The notes: generated by a model from the letters alone, not told the origin. Shown: positions 26,763 to 35,605, counted from the first letter of the stretch. The stretch: 49,621 nt of DNA from Candidatus Aminicenantes bacterium (GCA_029882525.1 JAOUKO010000003.1:1-49621), one strand, 5' to 3'. Numbers and translations: made by a program.

Positions 26763-26790
26763 GGGGGCCTTGAAGGCCCCCATTTTTTTT
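26763..26790 (+). terminator. Intrinsic terminator of the ECF operon, possibly bidirectional
   Basis: GGGGGCCT-TGA-AGGCCCCC then A-T8; A-tract upstream. Confidence 0.8.
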
Positions 26791-26877
26791 GCTTCAATCT
26801 ATGACTCTGGAACCACAACCAGTGTGATCCTTTTTGAGCTGAAGTCACTTGCCCGAACAAAAGACAACACAAAAAAT

Positions 26878-26971
26878 GGCCAGGTCCTCTTTTTGGGGAC
26901 TGTCCCATTCAGTCCTTATATTAAAGAAGAAGAGGGACTGTCCCTTTTTCTTAAAAAAAGAGAACCTGGCC
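26878..26971. repeat. Repeat family C (REPIN-like) copy 1
   Basis: Arms GGCCAGGTCCTCTTTTT / AAAAAGAGAACCTGGCC; two internal GGGACTGTCCC palindromes at 26896 and 26934. Confidence 0.75.
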
Positions 26972-26998
26972 CTCTTTTTATTTTTTTTTAAAACATTA

Positions 26999-27205
26999 TC
27001 AGGTGCGGCCGCGGAGAAAGCTGACCATCTTGGGGACAGCCAGAGGCACGACACCGGGAAGCATGTGGGGCATCAGGTTATCCATAACTTTGGGCATCAT
27101 ATCCGGCATCTGCTCCCGCATGTAATCGGGCATGGGGACAGCTTTGGCTATCCGATCCAGCAGGGTGGGCAAGACTTTGGGCATCATTTTTGGAAGCAGT
27201 CTGGG
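26999..27205 (-). pseudogene. C-terminal gene remnant (Met/Pro-rich tail) abutting a family D element
   Basis: PRLLPKMMPKVLPTLLDRIAKAVPMPDYMREQMPDMMPKVMDNLMPHML...; no RBS; the upstream sequence is repeat D. Confidence 0.55.
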
Positions 27206-27302
27206 TGAAATGCACGGGAATGACCGTAAAAATCTGAGGGGGAGCGCTGCTATTCCCGTCTATTTCATCCATCAAATTACCCACATAAAACGGAAGGGAA
27301 CC
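27201..27302 (+). repeat. Repeat family D, internally deleted copy
   Basis: AAATGCACGGGAATG joined directly to ...AAAAATCTGA..GGAGCG...AAATTACCC.CA.AAAA.G.AAG.GAACC, matching 28799-28884. Confidence 0.75.
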
Positions 27303-27387
27303 GTTCAACAATTCAATTAATTTTAAAGAAACTTTGCTTTACCAACAGCTTGCCCTGAAAAACTGTCACTCATTCTCCGCTTGAGTC

Positions 27388-28503
27388 TTAATCCTTAAAT
27401 ACCTCTCGCTTAAGAGTGGCCTTTTCAATCCTGTCTTCCTGGGGAGAAACGCCGATCCCGGGCAATTCTGGGGCTACTATCGTTCCTCTGGGAGTGATTT
27501 CCACGGGGGGCTCTATCAAATCTTCCGCATAGTATCTTTTGCTCGCAGACAGGTCATTGGGAAGCTGGAAGTTGGGAAGAGTAGCCAGGTGGATGTTGTG
27601 GGCGCGTCCTATCCCCGATTCCAGCATCCCGCCGCACCAGACCGGAATCCGCTTTTCCTGGCAGAAATCATGAATTTTTCTTGACTCGACGATCCCTCCG
27701 ACTCTTCCCACTTTGATGTTGACAATCCTGCAGCTCTCCATTTCGTAAGCTTTCCGCGCAGTATCGACCGAAAGAATGCTCTCGTCCAGGCAAAGAGATG
27801 TCCTCATCTCTTTCTGCAGGCGGCTGTGGTCCCAGAGATCATAAGGCGGGAAAGGCTGCTCGAGCATGAGGAGGTGGAATTCATCAAATCTTTTTAAAAG
27901 CTCTTTTTGGGCAGGGCTGTAGCTGCCGTTAGCGTCTGCCTGCAGGGGAATATCCGGAAATTTTTTCCGTATCTCTTCCAGGACTTCGATATCCCATCCG
28001 GGCTTCACTTTTATCTTGATCCTCTGGTAGCCTTCCTCCAGAAAGGACTGAATCCTCTCCAGCAGCCCGGGAATAGAATCCTGGATCCCGACGCTGACTC
28101 CGGAGGGAATTTCCGTCCTCACTCCTCCGTACAGTTTCCAAAGAGGCCTGTCTTCCTTTTTGCCCTGGATATCCCAGAGAGCGAGCTCTAATCCGGCTTT
28201 AGCCATGGGGTGGCCGCGATATTTTTTAGCTTCCTTGAAAAAAACCTCTGGCCTTGAGATCGATTTCTCAAAAATAAGGGGAATCAAAAAATCCTTCAGA
28301 ACGTGCCAGGCCGTGGATGTCGTCTCGTAGCTGTAGAAAGGACTCCTATCCGCAACAACCTCTCCGTAGCCCCAGATCCCTTCGCTGTAGACTTTGACCA
28401 GGATGAACTCTCTTTCCTCTTCCCGGCCCAAGCTGGTCTCAAAATAATGGACATAAGGAAGTCTCAAAATCAGCAGCTCCAGCCTCTCAATATCTTGGTT
28501 CAT
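27388..28503 (-). CDS. menC: o-succinylbenzoate synthase / N-succinylamino acid racemase (NSAR/OSBS subfamily, enolase superfamily)
   Basis: FETSLG, IKIKVKPGWD, DAN, LEQP, LDES, NIKVGRVGG, WCGGMLESGIGRA. Confidence 0.85.
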   Translation of the reverse strand: MNQDIERLELLILRLPYVHYFETSLGREEEREFILVKVYSEGIWGYGEVVADRSPFYSYETTSTAWHVLKDFLIPLIFEKSISRPEVFFKEAKKYRGHPMAKAGLELALWDIQGKKEDRPLWKLYGGVRTEIPSGVSVGIQDSIPGLLERIQSFLEEGYQRIKIKVKPGWDIEVLEEIRKKFPDIPLQADANGSYSPAQKELLKRFDEFHLLMLEQPFPPYDLWDHSRLQKEMRTSLCLDESILSVDTARKAYEMESCRIVNIKVGRVGGIVESRKIHDFCQEKRIPVWCGGMLESGIGRAHNIHLATLPNFQLPNDLSASKRYYAEDLIEPPVEITPRGTIVAPELPGIGVSPQEDRIEKATLKREVFKD

Positions 28504-28576
28504 TTCCCTTCTTTTCGGTTGAATAGGCCTCTATAAGCCCACAAGAAAAGCAAACTCTCCCGAATTACAAAAAAGA

Positions 28577-28882
28577 TTCTCTTCCAGATAGTGTGGGCAA
28601 AATACACGGGAATGGAAGAAGCGACCTTGAAGATTTAGCCTTCCCGAGTCGTCCACCGAGGGAAGCCGATGAAATCGGCCGCCGAGTATGTTTGAGCACG
28701 TGAGGATCAAACTGATGAAAAATAATAAAGTACGGACATCCGGTTGAAAGTGACATGTCTTGAGTGCGGAGTTACGCAGGCGCCGAGGGGGACGGTGAGG
28801 GAATGGCGTTAAAAATCTGAAGGGAGCGATGCCATTTCCGTGTATTTTAGTCATTAAATTACCCGCACAAAATGAAAGAGAA
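28577..28882 (+). mobile_element. Repeat family D, full-length copy (~300 bp, long imperfect inverted ends)
   Basis: AAAATACACGGGAATGG ... CCATTTCCGTGTATTTT inverted pair with outer TTCTCTT/AAGAGAA; partial copies at 12782, 27201 and 35541. Confidence 0.72.
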
Positions 28883-28925
28883 CCACAAAAATCCAAGATA
28901 CAAAAAATCTCTAATATTATCAGGG

Positions 28926-30044
28926 TCAAGCCTGCTCATGGAGGTTGATCCATTTTCTCAACCCCAGGTCTTCATACAGAAGGACAATCTTCTCAGCCAT
29001 GGCCTCGGCTGAAAATTTTTGATGGACGACTTCATGCCCTCTCTGCCCGAGGCGCGAGGTCAGCTCTCTATCGTTATAAAGCTTCAAGATGGCTTTGGCC
29101 AGAGCTGAGGGATTCCGAGGAGGAACCAGAAGCCCGGTTTCCCTGTGGATGACGACCTCGGGTATACCGCCCACCTTGGTGGCGACCACTGGAAGGCGGC
29201 AGGCCATGGCATCGAGAATACTGCTCCCCATTCCTTCAAGATAGGAAGAAAGGACAAACAGGTCTAGAGAACAAAGGATCTGAGGCACATCCTCACGGAA
29301 ACCGAGAAAAAAGACAATATCCTGGACGTTGGACTCCTCAGCCTGCCTGGTCAATTCCATGTATAAAGGTCCGCCGCCGACAATAATGACCTTGATCTTG
29401 GAAGAATGCTCCTTGAGGATCTTCGTCGCTTGAATCAGATAGCGGTGTCCTTTATGGTCAGCCAGATGGGCTACTATCCCCACCAGAAAATCATCGGGCT
29501 TAAAAGAGAGCTCCCGGCGGAGATAATCGCTGTCAGAAGCCTTCTCGTAAGGCGAGAAGTCGATCCCTGAAGGTATAACCGTGATCCGGTTGGGATCAAT
29601 TCCCCCTTTAACCAGAACCTCTTTTACACCATCTGAGATGGCAATGATCGCATCTACGTTCTTTCGGTATTTCCTTCGGGAAAAATAATTCTTTTTTAGA
29701 GGGAAATCGACGCGCCTGGAAATGATCCGGTAGGGAACCTTGGCCAGAGAAGCCGCCATCGACCCGACCGAGACAGAATGGGCATCGTGGAAATGAGCCA
29801 GGAGACACTTCTGACGTCTCATGGCCCTGGCCAAACGCAGCACAGCCGCAAGGTCGAATTCGCTCTTGATTCTGAGGGGGAGAACGGAAAGCTCTTCCTC
29901 CTGAGCCTTCTGATGAAGCGGGCTGTCAGGCTGGACGACAAAAAAGTAAGGAAGGCCTCTCCTTTTTAAAACTCTTGCGAGGAACAGGGACTGCCGCTGT
30001 CCGCCCCTCCATTCTTTTCCTGCATCAATATGGAAAAGGCTCAA
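28926..30044 (-). CDS. GT4 family glycosyltransferase
   Basis: WRGGQRQ, HFHDAH, KGHRYL, EGMGSSILDAMA, GGIPEVV. Confidence 0.9.
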   Translation of the reverse strand: MSLFHIDAGKEWRGGQRQSLFLARVLKRRGLPYFFVVQPDSPLHQKAQEEELSVLPLRIKSEFDLAAVLRLARAMRRQKCLLAHFHDAHSVSVGSMAASLAKVPYRIISRRVDFPLKKNYFSRRKYRKNVDAIIAISDGVKEVLVKGGIDPNRITVIPSGIDFSPYEKASDSDYLRRELSFKPDDFLVGIVAHLADHKGHRYLIQATKILKEHSSKIKVIIVGGGPLYMELTRQAEESNVQDIVFFLGFREDVPQILCSLDLFVLSSYLEGMGSSILDAMACRLPVVATKVGGIPEVVIHRETGLLVPPRNPSALAKAILKLYNDRELTSRLGQRGHEVVHQKFSAEAMAEKIVLLYEDLGLRKWINLHEQA

Positions 30045-30807
30045 TCCTCTCTCCTTTTTTCCATATCTCCCTCAGCTTCGCATAGCGAAGAAAAAGCGCA
30101 TAACTGTGAAGGACGGAAATAACGAGACCGGCAAATCCATCCAAAAATCCCGCTCTCCAGAAAAAAGACTTCACAAACCTGGAAAACGGAATAAAGACCA
30201 GATGGTACCATCTGCACTTCTTTCCCTGAGAGTAGAGTTTTTGAGCGCCGAGCTGGGAAAAATGATTGATCCGATCCAGGTGGTCAGAGATATTGCGGTA
30301 GGTGAAGTGGTGGATCGACCCGTTAAACTTCTGGACTTTTCCTTCGACAACGAGTTTTTCATGAACGTACTCACCTTCCCAACGCGCTCTGTTCTTCAGG
30401 AAAAGACGGATCTTTCGGTCCGGATACCAGCCTGAATGGCGGATCCACCTGTTGAGATAAAAGACTTTCCTGGGCATGGAAAAACCCGAGCAATCCGGTT
30501 CCTGATCCTTCAAATTGAGAATTTCCTGGCGAAGCTCAGGGGAAATCCTCTCATCCGCATCCAGCGACAGGATCCAGGGGGATGAGGCTTTATTGTTGGC
30601 GTAGTTCTTCTGGTCAGCGAAATCAGTCCATTTCCGCTGGTAAACCTTGCTCGTGTATTTCTTGGCAAGCCTGACCGTATCATCGGTGCTGAAGCTGTCC
30701 ATAACCACGATTTCAGAAACCAAACCCTCCAGGCTCTTTAAGGCCGGCTCAAGCCTCGTCTCTTCATTATAAGTGATGATGACCGCTGAGATTTTCATCG
30801 ACCCCAT
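30025..30807 (-). CDS. GT2 family glycosyltransferase (LPS beta-1,4-glucosyltransferase/WaaE-like)
   Basis: ISAVIITYNEE, DSFSTD, LDADE, WYPD..IRLF, VHE, GFLDG; overlaps the GT4 start. Confidence 0.9.
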   Translation of the reverse strand: MGSMKISAVIITYNEETRLEPALKSLEGLVSEIVVMDSFSTDDTVRLAKKYTSKVYQRKWTDFADQKNYANNKASSPWILSLDADERISPELRQEILNLKDQEPDCSGFSMPRKVFYLNRWIRHSGWYPDRKIRLFLKNRARWEGEYVHEKLVVEGKVQKFNGSIHHFTYRNISDHLDRINHFSQLGAQKLYSQGKKCRWYHLVFIPFSRFVKSFFWRAGFLDGFAGLVISVLHSYALFLRYAKLREIWKKGERIEPFPY

Positions 30808-30825
30808 ATTAGCACAATTCTAAGA

Positions 30826-30931
30826 AAAAGAGGACTGGCTGCTTTTTTGAATAGGGACTGTCCCTTTCAGTCCTTTTGTGAAGAGAGAGAGGGACTGTCC
30901 CCGTTTTTCAAAAAGCAGCCAGTCCCCTTTT
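30826..30931. repeat. Repeat family C (REPIN-like) copy 2
   Basis: Arms AAAAGAGGACTGGCTGCTTTTTTGA / TCAAAAAGCAGCCAGTCCCCTTTT; internal GGGACTGTCCC at 30854 and 30891. Confidence 0.75.
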
Positions 30932-31934
30932 AAAGAGCGGCAATAGGAGGAGGAAGGTCTTTCATGACTATGACTCCAGGCGGCGCTTCAACTGCTCTGG
31001 GAATGGTATTGACAGTCACGGCGACTGTCCCGGTATCTCCATGGATACCTCCGATTATCTTCTGGTGAAGGTTAGGCTCGCCTCTGATGATGATCTCATC
31101 ATACTCCTCATCCACAGCTGCATTGGCACAGAACTCGAGGGTGATGACCTCCTTTCCTCTGACTTTTCCAAAGGCGATACTGGTCAACCCGATCACATTC
31201 CCCGGTTTGACCTTGCCCAGAGCGGTCTTTATCTCCTTATCATCTATCACCGGCTCCGGAGGCAGTTCAACAGCCTCATCCAACTTCCAGCCGAGCCCCG
31301 CAGCAATCATGTTGATCGACTCCAGAAGCCCCACATGTCCGGTGATGACCTTATTCTCGATCTTTTCATGGAATTCATCCTGCGTCAGACCTGTTCCGAC
31401 CTTCTTCTGGAACGGGACCCGCCTCTTTGCCGAATTCATCATCCGGATCACCTTGACCGAGCTTACCTTGAGACAGGGAGCGGTCAGGACAAGGGGAAGC
31501 ACATCCATCAAAAAACCGGGATTGATCCCGGTGCCGACCACCGTCACACCATTTTTTTTCGCCATTTCATCCAGCTCTCGAGTAAGACCTGGATGGCGCT
31601 TCCAGGGAAAGGAAAGCTCTTCACAGGTGGAGACGACGTTCAGGCCGGCCTCCAGGCATTGTCTGACCTGAGGAGCTACTTTCTCCAGATGTGAGCTCGT
31701 CGTGAGCACCACAGCATGCGCCTTGACTCTCGAGAAAAGCGCGACGGGGTCCTTCTCGATGACAATGCCTAATTTTTCTGGATTATCCAGAACCTCTCCA
31801 AGGTCCTTTCCGACAAGCTCCGGGTCTATATCCAGAGCCCCAACGACTTCAAGGCTCTCCTTTTTCAGAAGAGCCTGGGCTGTCTTCCGGCCCATCACAC
31901 CGCATCCATAAATAATGACATCATACTTTTCCAT
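30930..31934 (-). CDS. 2,4-diaminopentanoate dehydrogenase / native amine dehydrogenase family (DapB-like N-terminus)
   Basis: YGCGVMG Rossmann motif, NVVSTCEEL, GTGINPGFLMD, GHVGLLES, IHGD; start at ATG 31934 with GGAGG RBS. Confidence 0.8.
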   Translation of the reverse strand: MEKYDVIIYGCGVMGRKTAQALLKKESLEVVGALDIDPELVGKDLGEVLDNPEKLGIVIEKDPVALFSRVKAHAVVLTTSSHLEKVAPQVRQCLEAGLNVVSTCEELSFPWKRHPGLTRELDEMAKKNGVTVVGTGINPGFLMDVLPLVLTAPCLKVSSVKVIRMMNSAKRRVPFQKKVGTGLTQDEFHEKIENKVITGHVGLLESINMIAAGLGWKLDEAVELPPEPVIDDKEIKTALGKVKPGNVIGLTSIAFGKVRGKEVITLEFCANAAVDEEYDEIIIRGEPNLHQKIIGGIHGDTGTVAVTVNTIPRAVEAPPGVIVMKDLPPPIAAL

Positions 31935-31977
31935 CTTTTCAGCCTCCGGTTGAAAAATGAAGGGACAGTTATCCGGG

Positions 31978-33372
31978 TTATTTATACCTGAGCCATTTTT
32001 TAACCACTCTTTCCACCGCATCCAGAGAATCCTGGATTTCCCTCTCTGTGTGAGCAGCGGAAATCGCTCCATAGCCATGAAATGTGTTGAATCCCTCTTC
32101 GAGCATTGACAATTTAAAAATCTTCTCCCTGAGCTCAAAATCACAGACTTCCGGGTTCCAAACCTGTTCGGGATGGGAAATCCGGTCAATATTCTCCTTG
32201 AGAAACTGAACTCCTACCAGGGAGCTGTTCTCCGTGACCGAGTCACCGTAGCCAGTACACCTGACGTTGATGCCATGAGCGGCAAAGATCTCTTCAATTC
32301 CTTTCCGGACCTTGCTGCCAAGCCGACCTATCCTGGGGTAGATCTCTGATTCATTGTCTATTAAGTAACTCAGAAAGCTTAATCCCGCCAGCATCGCGGC
32401 CGGGTGAGCGGAAAACGTCCCCCCCTCAAACTTCACCTTCTGCTCCGGTTTTGCCTCAGGGCCACAGAGAGCTATCACGTCCTCTCTGCCCGCCACCGCG
32501 CTGACAGGCATTCCCCCTCCGATTGCTTTTCCGAGCACTGTCAGATCTGGCTTTATCCCGTACAAACTCTGCACTCCTCCCGGATGAAAACGGAAGCCTG
32601 AGACAACCTCATCAAAAATGAGCAAAGAACCATGCTGCTGGGTCAATTCCCTCGCTCGCCGGAGATAATCTTTATGGGAAAAAATGAAACCACCTGCCCC
32701 GATGAAAGGCTCCAGGATGAAACAGGCGATCCTCTCTCCATGTTCTTTGAACCTATCCTCAAGGTCCTGGATATCATTGAACTTGGTCACGACGATCATC
32801 TTCTCAATTCCCGCTGGAAGCCCGGCGGACTCGATGTGGTCCATCCCTCGATCATAGACAGCGATTCCTCTCAAAACATAAGGATGAGCACCGTGCCAGC
32901 CTCCCCCCACTTTCATGACCAATTCTTTTTTAGAGAAGGCTTTGGCCAGCATGATAGCATACATCGTGGCCAGAGTTCCGCTGGTGGTGAACCGGATTTT
33001 ATCTGCACCTATCTGTCCCAAAATCAGCTCGGCCAGTTCACTCTGGTGGCTGCCCGGAAAACCTGTTGTCAGCCCCTGGCTCTTTTTAAAATAATCCTGT
33101 AGAGCTTTGATCACGACTCTCGGGTTGTGTCCCAGGACATTGGCAAAATGACCCTGCCAGAAATCGATGTACATGTTCCCGTCTGCATCCCACACTTTTG
33201 AGCCACTGCATTGAAGGTCATAAAACGGAAAGGGACTGAATAACCTGAGGTTATGGCTGCCTCCGGTAATCAAGTACCGGGAAGCCTTCTTAAAGATAGC
33301 CTCTGACTTTTTATGCTTTGACCTGAAATTCTGGATTAAATCATTGAGCAGCCTTTGTTTATCCATGACCAT
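31978..33372 (-). CDS. Class III PLP aminotransferase, glutamate-1-semialdehyde aminomutase-like
   Basis: DADGNMYIDF, LGH, TSGTLAT, WHG, FDEVVSGFR, LGKAIGGG, GGTFSAHP. Confidence 0.85.
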   Translation of the reverse strand: MVMDKQRLLNDLIQNFRSKHKKSEAIFKKASRYLITGGSHNLRLFSPFPFYDLQCSGSKVWDADGNMYIDFWQGHFANVLGHNPRVVIKALQDYFKKSQGLTTGFPGSHQSELAELILGQIGADKIRFTTSGTLATMYAIMLAKAFSKKELVMKVGGGWHGAHPYVLRGIAVYDRGMDHIESAGLPAGIEKMIVVTKFNDIQDLEDRFKEHGERIACFILEPFIGAGGFIFSHKDYLRRARELTQQHGSLLIFDEVVSGFRFHPGGVQSLYGIKPDLTVLGKAIGGGMPVSAVAGREDVIALCGPEAKPEQKVKFEGGTFSAHPAAMLAGLSFLSYLIDNESEIYPRIGRLGSKVRKGIEEIFAAHGINVRCTGYGDSVTENSSLVGVQFLKENIDRISHPEQVWNPEVCDFELREKIFKLSMLEEGFNTFHGYGAISAAHTEREIQDSLDAVERVVKKWLRYK

Positions 33373-33579
33373 CCCTCTCAAGCCTCAGGAAACAAGAACC
33401 TGAAGTCCAACCCCAATGTCTGATAAAAGAGAGTCATTGATTGATAAGCCCGTTTAATGGTTGAGCTAAGGCTAATTTTCCTGACCTGTATTTCTTTCAT
33501 AATCTTGCTTTTCGACAGCCAGGTATTGCATAGATTAGAACAACACAAAGAAATAGTCAAAAAAAAAGTGAGCGCCAGC

Positions 33580-33757
33580 AAGCACCTCTATCTCCGTAAC
33601 ATTTTATTATGAAAGTGTAATTGTTAGCAGCGGCGGTTCTGCTTCATCCTGGCCAAGACCCTCCCACCCACCACCATGGGCCTCGGATGGAACAGAACCG
33701 CCGCCGCACTTCTCCATCAGGCCAGATGTTTCCCTTATCACGGAAATAAAGATGCTT
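33580..33757 (+). mobile_element. Repeat family B copy 2 (178 bp)
   Basis: AAGCACCTCTATCTCCGTAA...TCACGGAAATAAAGATGCTT TIRs; body homologous to 22144-22321. Confidence 0.8.
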
Positions 33758-33793
33758 TTTGAGCGTCCTGTCTTACGAAAGATAAACGAGATT

Positions 33794-33821
33794 AAAAAGG
33801 GTGTCCCTCCAGGCAACACCC
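33794..33821 (-). terminator. Probable intrinsic terminator of the TolC gene
   Basis: Minus strand GGGTGTTGCCTGGAGGGACACCC followed by TTTTT. Confidence 0.55.
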
Positions 33822-33849
33822 CCATGATTAGGGAACTTCCCTAAAATGA

Positions 33850-35409
33850 TCACTCTCCGATGAACTGCGATATGGTGATTTTCCTCTTCTCCAGGCTTGT
33901 TCCCAGAGCTTTCTCCAGCCTGGCCAAAGCAAGATTATAATCAACCAAAGACTTCAGCTCCAGAGACCTTTCCTTGGCCAGTTCATCCTGGTACTGAAGG
34001 ACAAAATAGTTGGTGGTCAGCCCGACATTCAGCTTTTTCACCTCAGCCTCCAGTCTTTTTTCAGCCAACTCGCGGGCAACGCGGTAAGCCTCAACTCTCT
34101 TGAAGTTGGTCTCGATATCCCTGAGCGCGTCTTTCACATCCAGGTAGACCTGTTTTTCCAGGTTTTTTAACTCCAGCTGGCTCTTTTCCATTTCCATCCT
34201 GGCCTTGACGACATCGGCTTTGGTCGTAAAATTGCTCAGGGGAAGGGAGAGAGTCAAGCCAACAGTCCAGTTGTCGTATTTAAACCCGAAAGCATCCTTC
34301 AAGGCATCGGAAGGAGGATGGGTAATCGTATCAATCGGAGGGCCAAAGGGGTCCAGGGGATTAAAAACATTTTCTGTTCCTGAAAGCCCGGGACTCCAGT
34401 AGGAAAACTCCAGATCCAGGTTGGGAAGAAGCTGATTCCGGGCAATATTCAGATTCAGCTCATTGGTCTCGATAGTCTTCTTCCTCATTTCTAAATCCGG
34501 ACTCTTTTCTAAAGCCTTTCTCAGCGCTTCTCCCAGTGAGATCTCTTCCTGAATAAAACTCGGCTTGTCCAAGGGGATTATCTTTTTCTGGCTCATCTCC
34601 CCTTCTTCTGTCAGGTTGAGCAAGTCTCTTAGCAAATCCTCACTTCTTCGGATAAGAGCCTCGGCTGCAAGTATATCCGCTTCTCGTGAGGCCACAACAG
34701 CCTCGGCATTCAGAATCTCGATCTGTGCCAATTTGCCCACTTCAACTTCTTTCCTATTCTTAGCCAGGAGGTCCTGCGCAAGCTCCAAGGACTGCTGTTT
34801 GACCTTGTAATCCTCGATGGCGTAGACGAGATTCCAGTAAGCCTCCTGCACCCTGTAGACCGTATCTATGAGGACCTTCTCGAACTGACTGTAAGAAATG
34901 TCCAGGTTGTTGCGGGCAATGAGAATTTCTCTCCGGCTGACCTTTGTGCCGAAATTCTTCAGCAGAGGCTGAGTTAGACTGAAGCGCAACGAGCTTCCGT
35001 AACGGGGGTTGATGACCTGAAAGCCTGCAGTCGTTTCATATCTGTTATTGTATAGAGTGAGAGAAAAGTTGCCTCCCGTGGGAATCTGCTGAACCAAGGT
35101 TGCAGAGTAATCCAAATCCTTGTTGGTAACGGTGTCTGCCTGTTCGAGCCACCAGTAGGAAGGACTTTCCGTTCGTTCGTTTCCGAACCCGATGTCAAGC
35201 CGGGGCATGAAAAACTCCTTGGCTTTTATCAGGGATGCATCGGCCAGCTCAGGGTTGATAACTTCCACCGCGACGTTAAGGTTATCCTTCAAAGTCCTGA
35301 TGATGCATTCTTCGAGAGACAGAGAGAGTGTTTCCTCCTCTCCAGAGAAACAGGGCTTGAAGAACAAGATGAAAACCAGGGCTGGAATAAAAATTGTTTT
35401 TATCCTCAT
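33850..35409 (-). CDS. TolC family outer-membrane efflux protein
   Basis: GGAGG RBS before ATG 35409; LSLEECI, LTQPLLKNFG, AYWNL, coiled repeats, GLTTNYFVL. Confidence 0.9.
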   Translation of the reverse strand: MRIKTIFIPALVFILFFKPCFSGEEETLSLSLEECIIRTLKDNLNVAVEVINPELADASLIKAKEFFMPRLDIGFGNERTESPSYWWLEQADTVTNKDLDYSATLVQQIPTGGNFSLTLYNNRYETTAGFQVINPRYGSSLRFSLTQPLLKNFGTKVSRREILIARNNLDISYSQFEKVLIDTVYRVQEAYWNLVYAIEDYKVKQQSLELAQDLLAKNRKEVEVGKLAQIEILNAEAVVASREADILAAEALIRRSEDLLRDLLNLTEEGEMSQKKIIPLDKPSFIQEEISLGEALRKALEKSPDLEMRKKTIETNELNLNIARNQLLPNLDLEFSYWSPGLSGTENVFNPLDPFGPPIDTITHPPSDALKDAFGFKYDNWTVGLTLSLPLSNFTTKADVVKARMEMEKSQLELKNLEKQVYLDVKDALRDIETNFKRVEAYRVARELAEKRLEAEVKKLNVGLTTNYFVLQYQDELAKERSLELKSLVDYNLALARLEKALGTSLEKRKITISQFIGE

Positions 35410-35496
35410 TATAGGCCTCCTGAAAAAAATATGGACATGGACAGAAAACCTCCTCATTCATCCAGTCTCATTTTAATCAATGCTTCAACCAAATAA

Positions 35497-35522
35497 TACG
35501 AATATTTGTGTCTATTGGTTCA
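35497..35522 (-). promoter_or_regulatory. Possible ECF-type promoter upstream of the TolC gene
   Basis: Minus strand TGAAC-N17-CGTA. Confidence 0.35.
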
Positions 35523-35540
35523 AATCCAGGTGAATTGACC

Positions 35541-35605
35541 CTCTCTCATTTTATGTGAGTGGAATACACGGGAATGGAAGAAACGAGCTTGATGATTTAG
35601 CCTTA
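35541..35605 (+). repeat. Repeat family D, left-end partial copy running into the tsaD stop codon
   Basis: AATACACGGGAATGGAAGAAACGAGCTTGATGATTTAGCCTT vs AATACACGGGAATGGAAGAAGCGACCTTGAAGATTTAGCCTT at 28601. Confidence 0.75.

Noticed and set aside
28531-28929. 132-aa minus-strand ORF between the OSBS and GT4 genes
   Set aside because: It coincides with the family D element and has no protein-like features
31935-32189. N-terminal extensions in the ORF track for the dehydrogenase (to 32189), TolC (35457), lepA (41190) and DsbD-N (12645)
   Set aside because: They overlap neighbouring genes or repeats or precede the family start; downstream ATGs fit better
33378-33825. Small ORFs 33378-33581 and 33607-33825
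   Set aside because: One is AT-rich promoter-region sequence and the other is a translation of repeat family B
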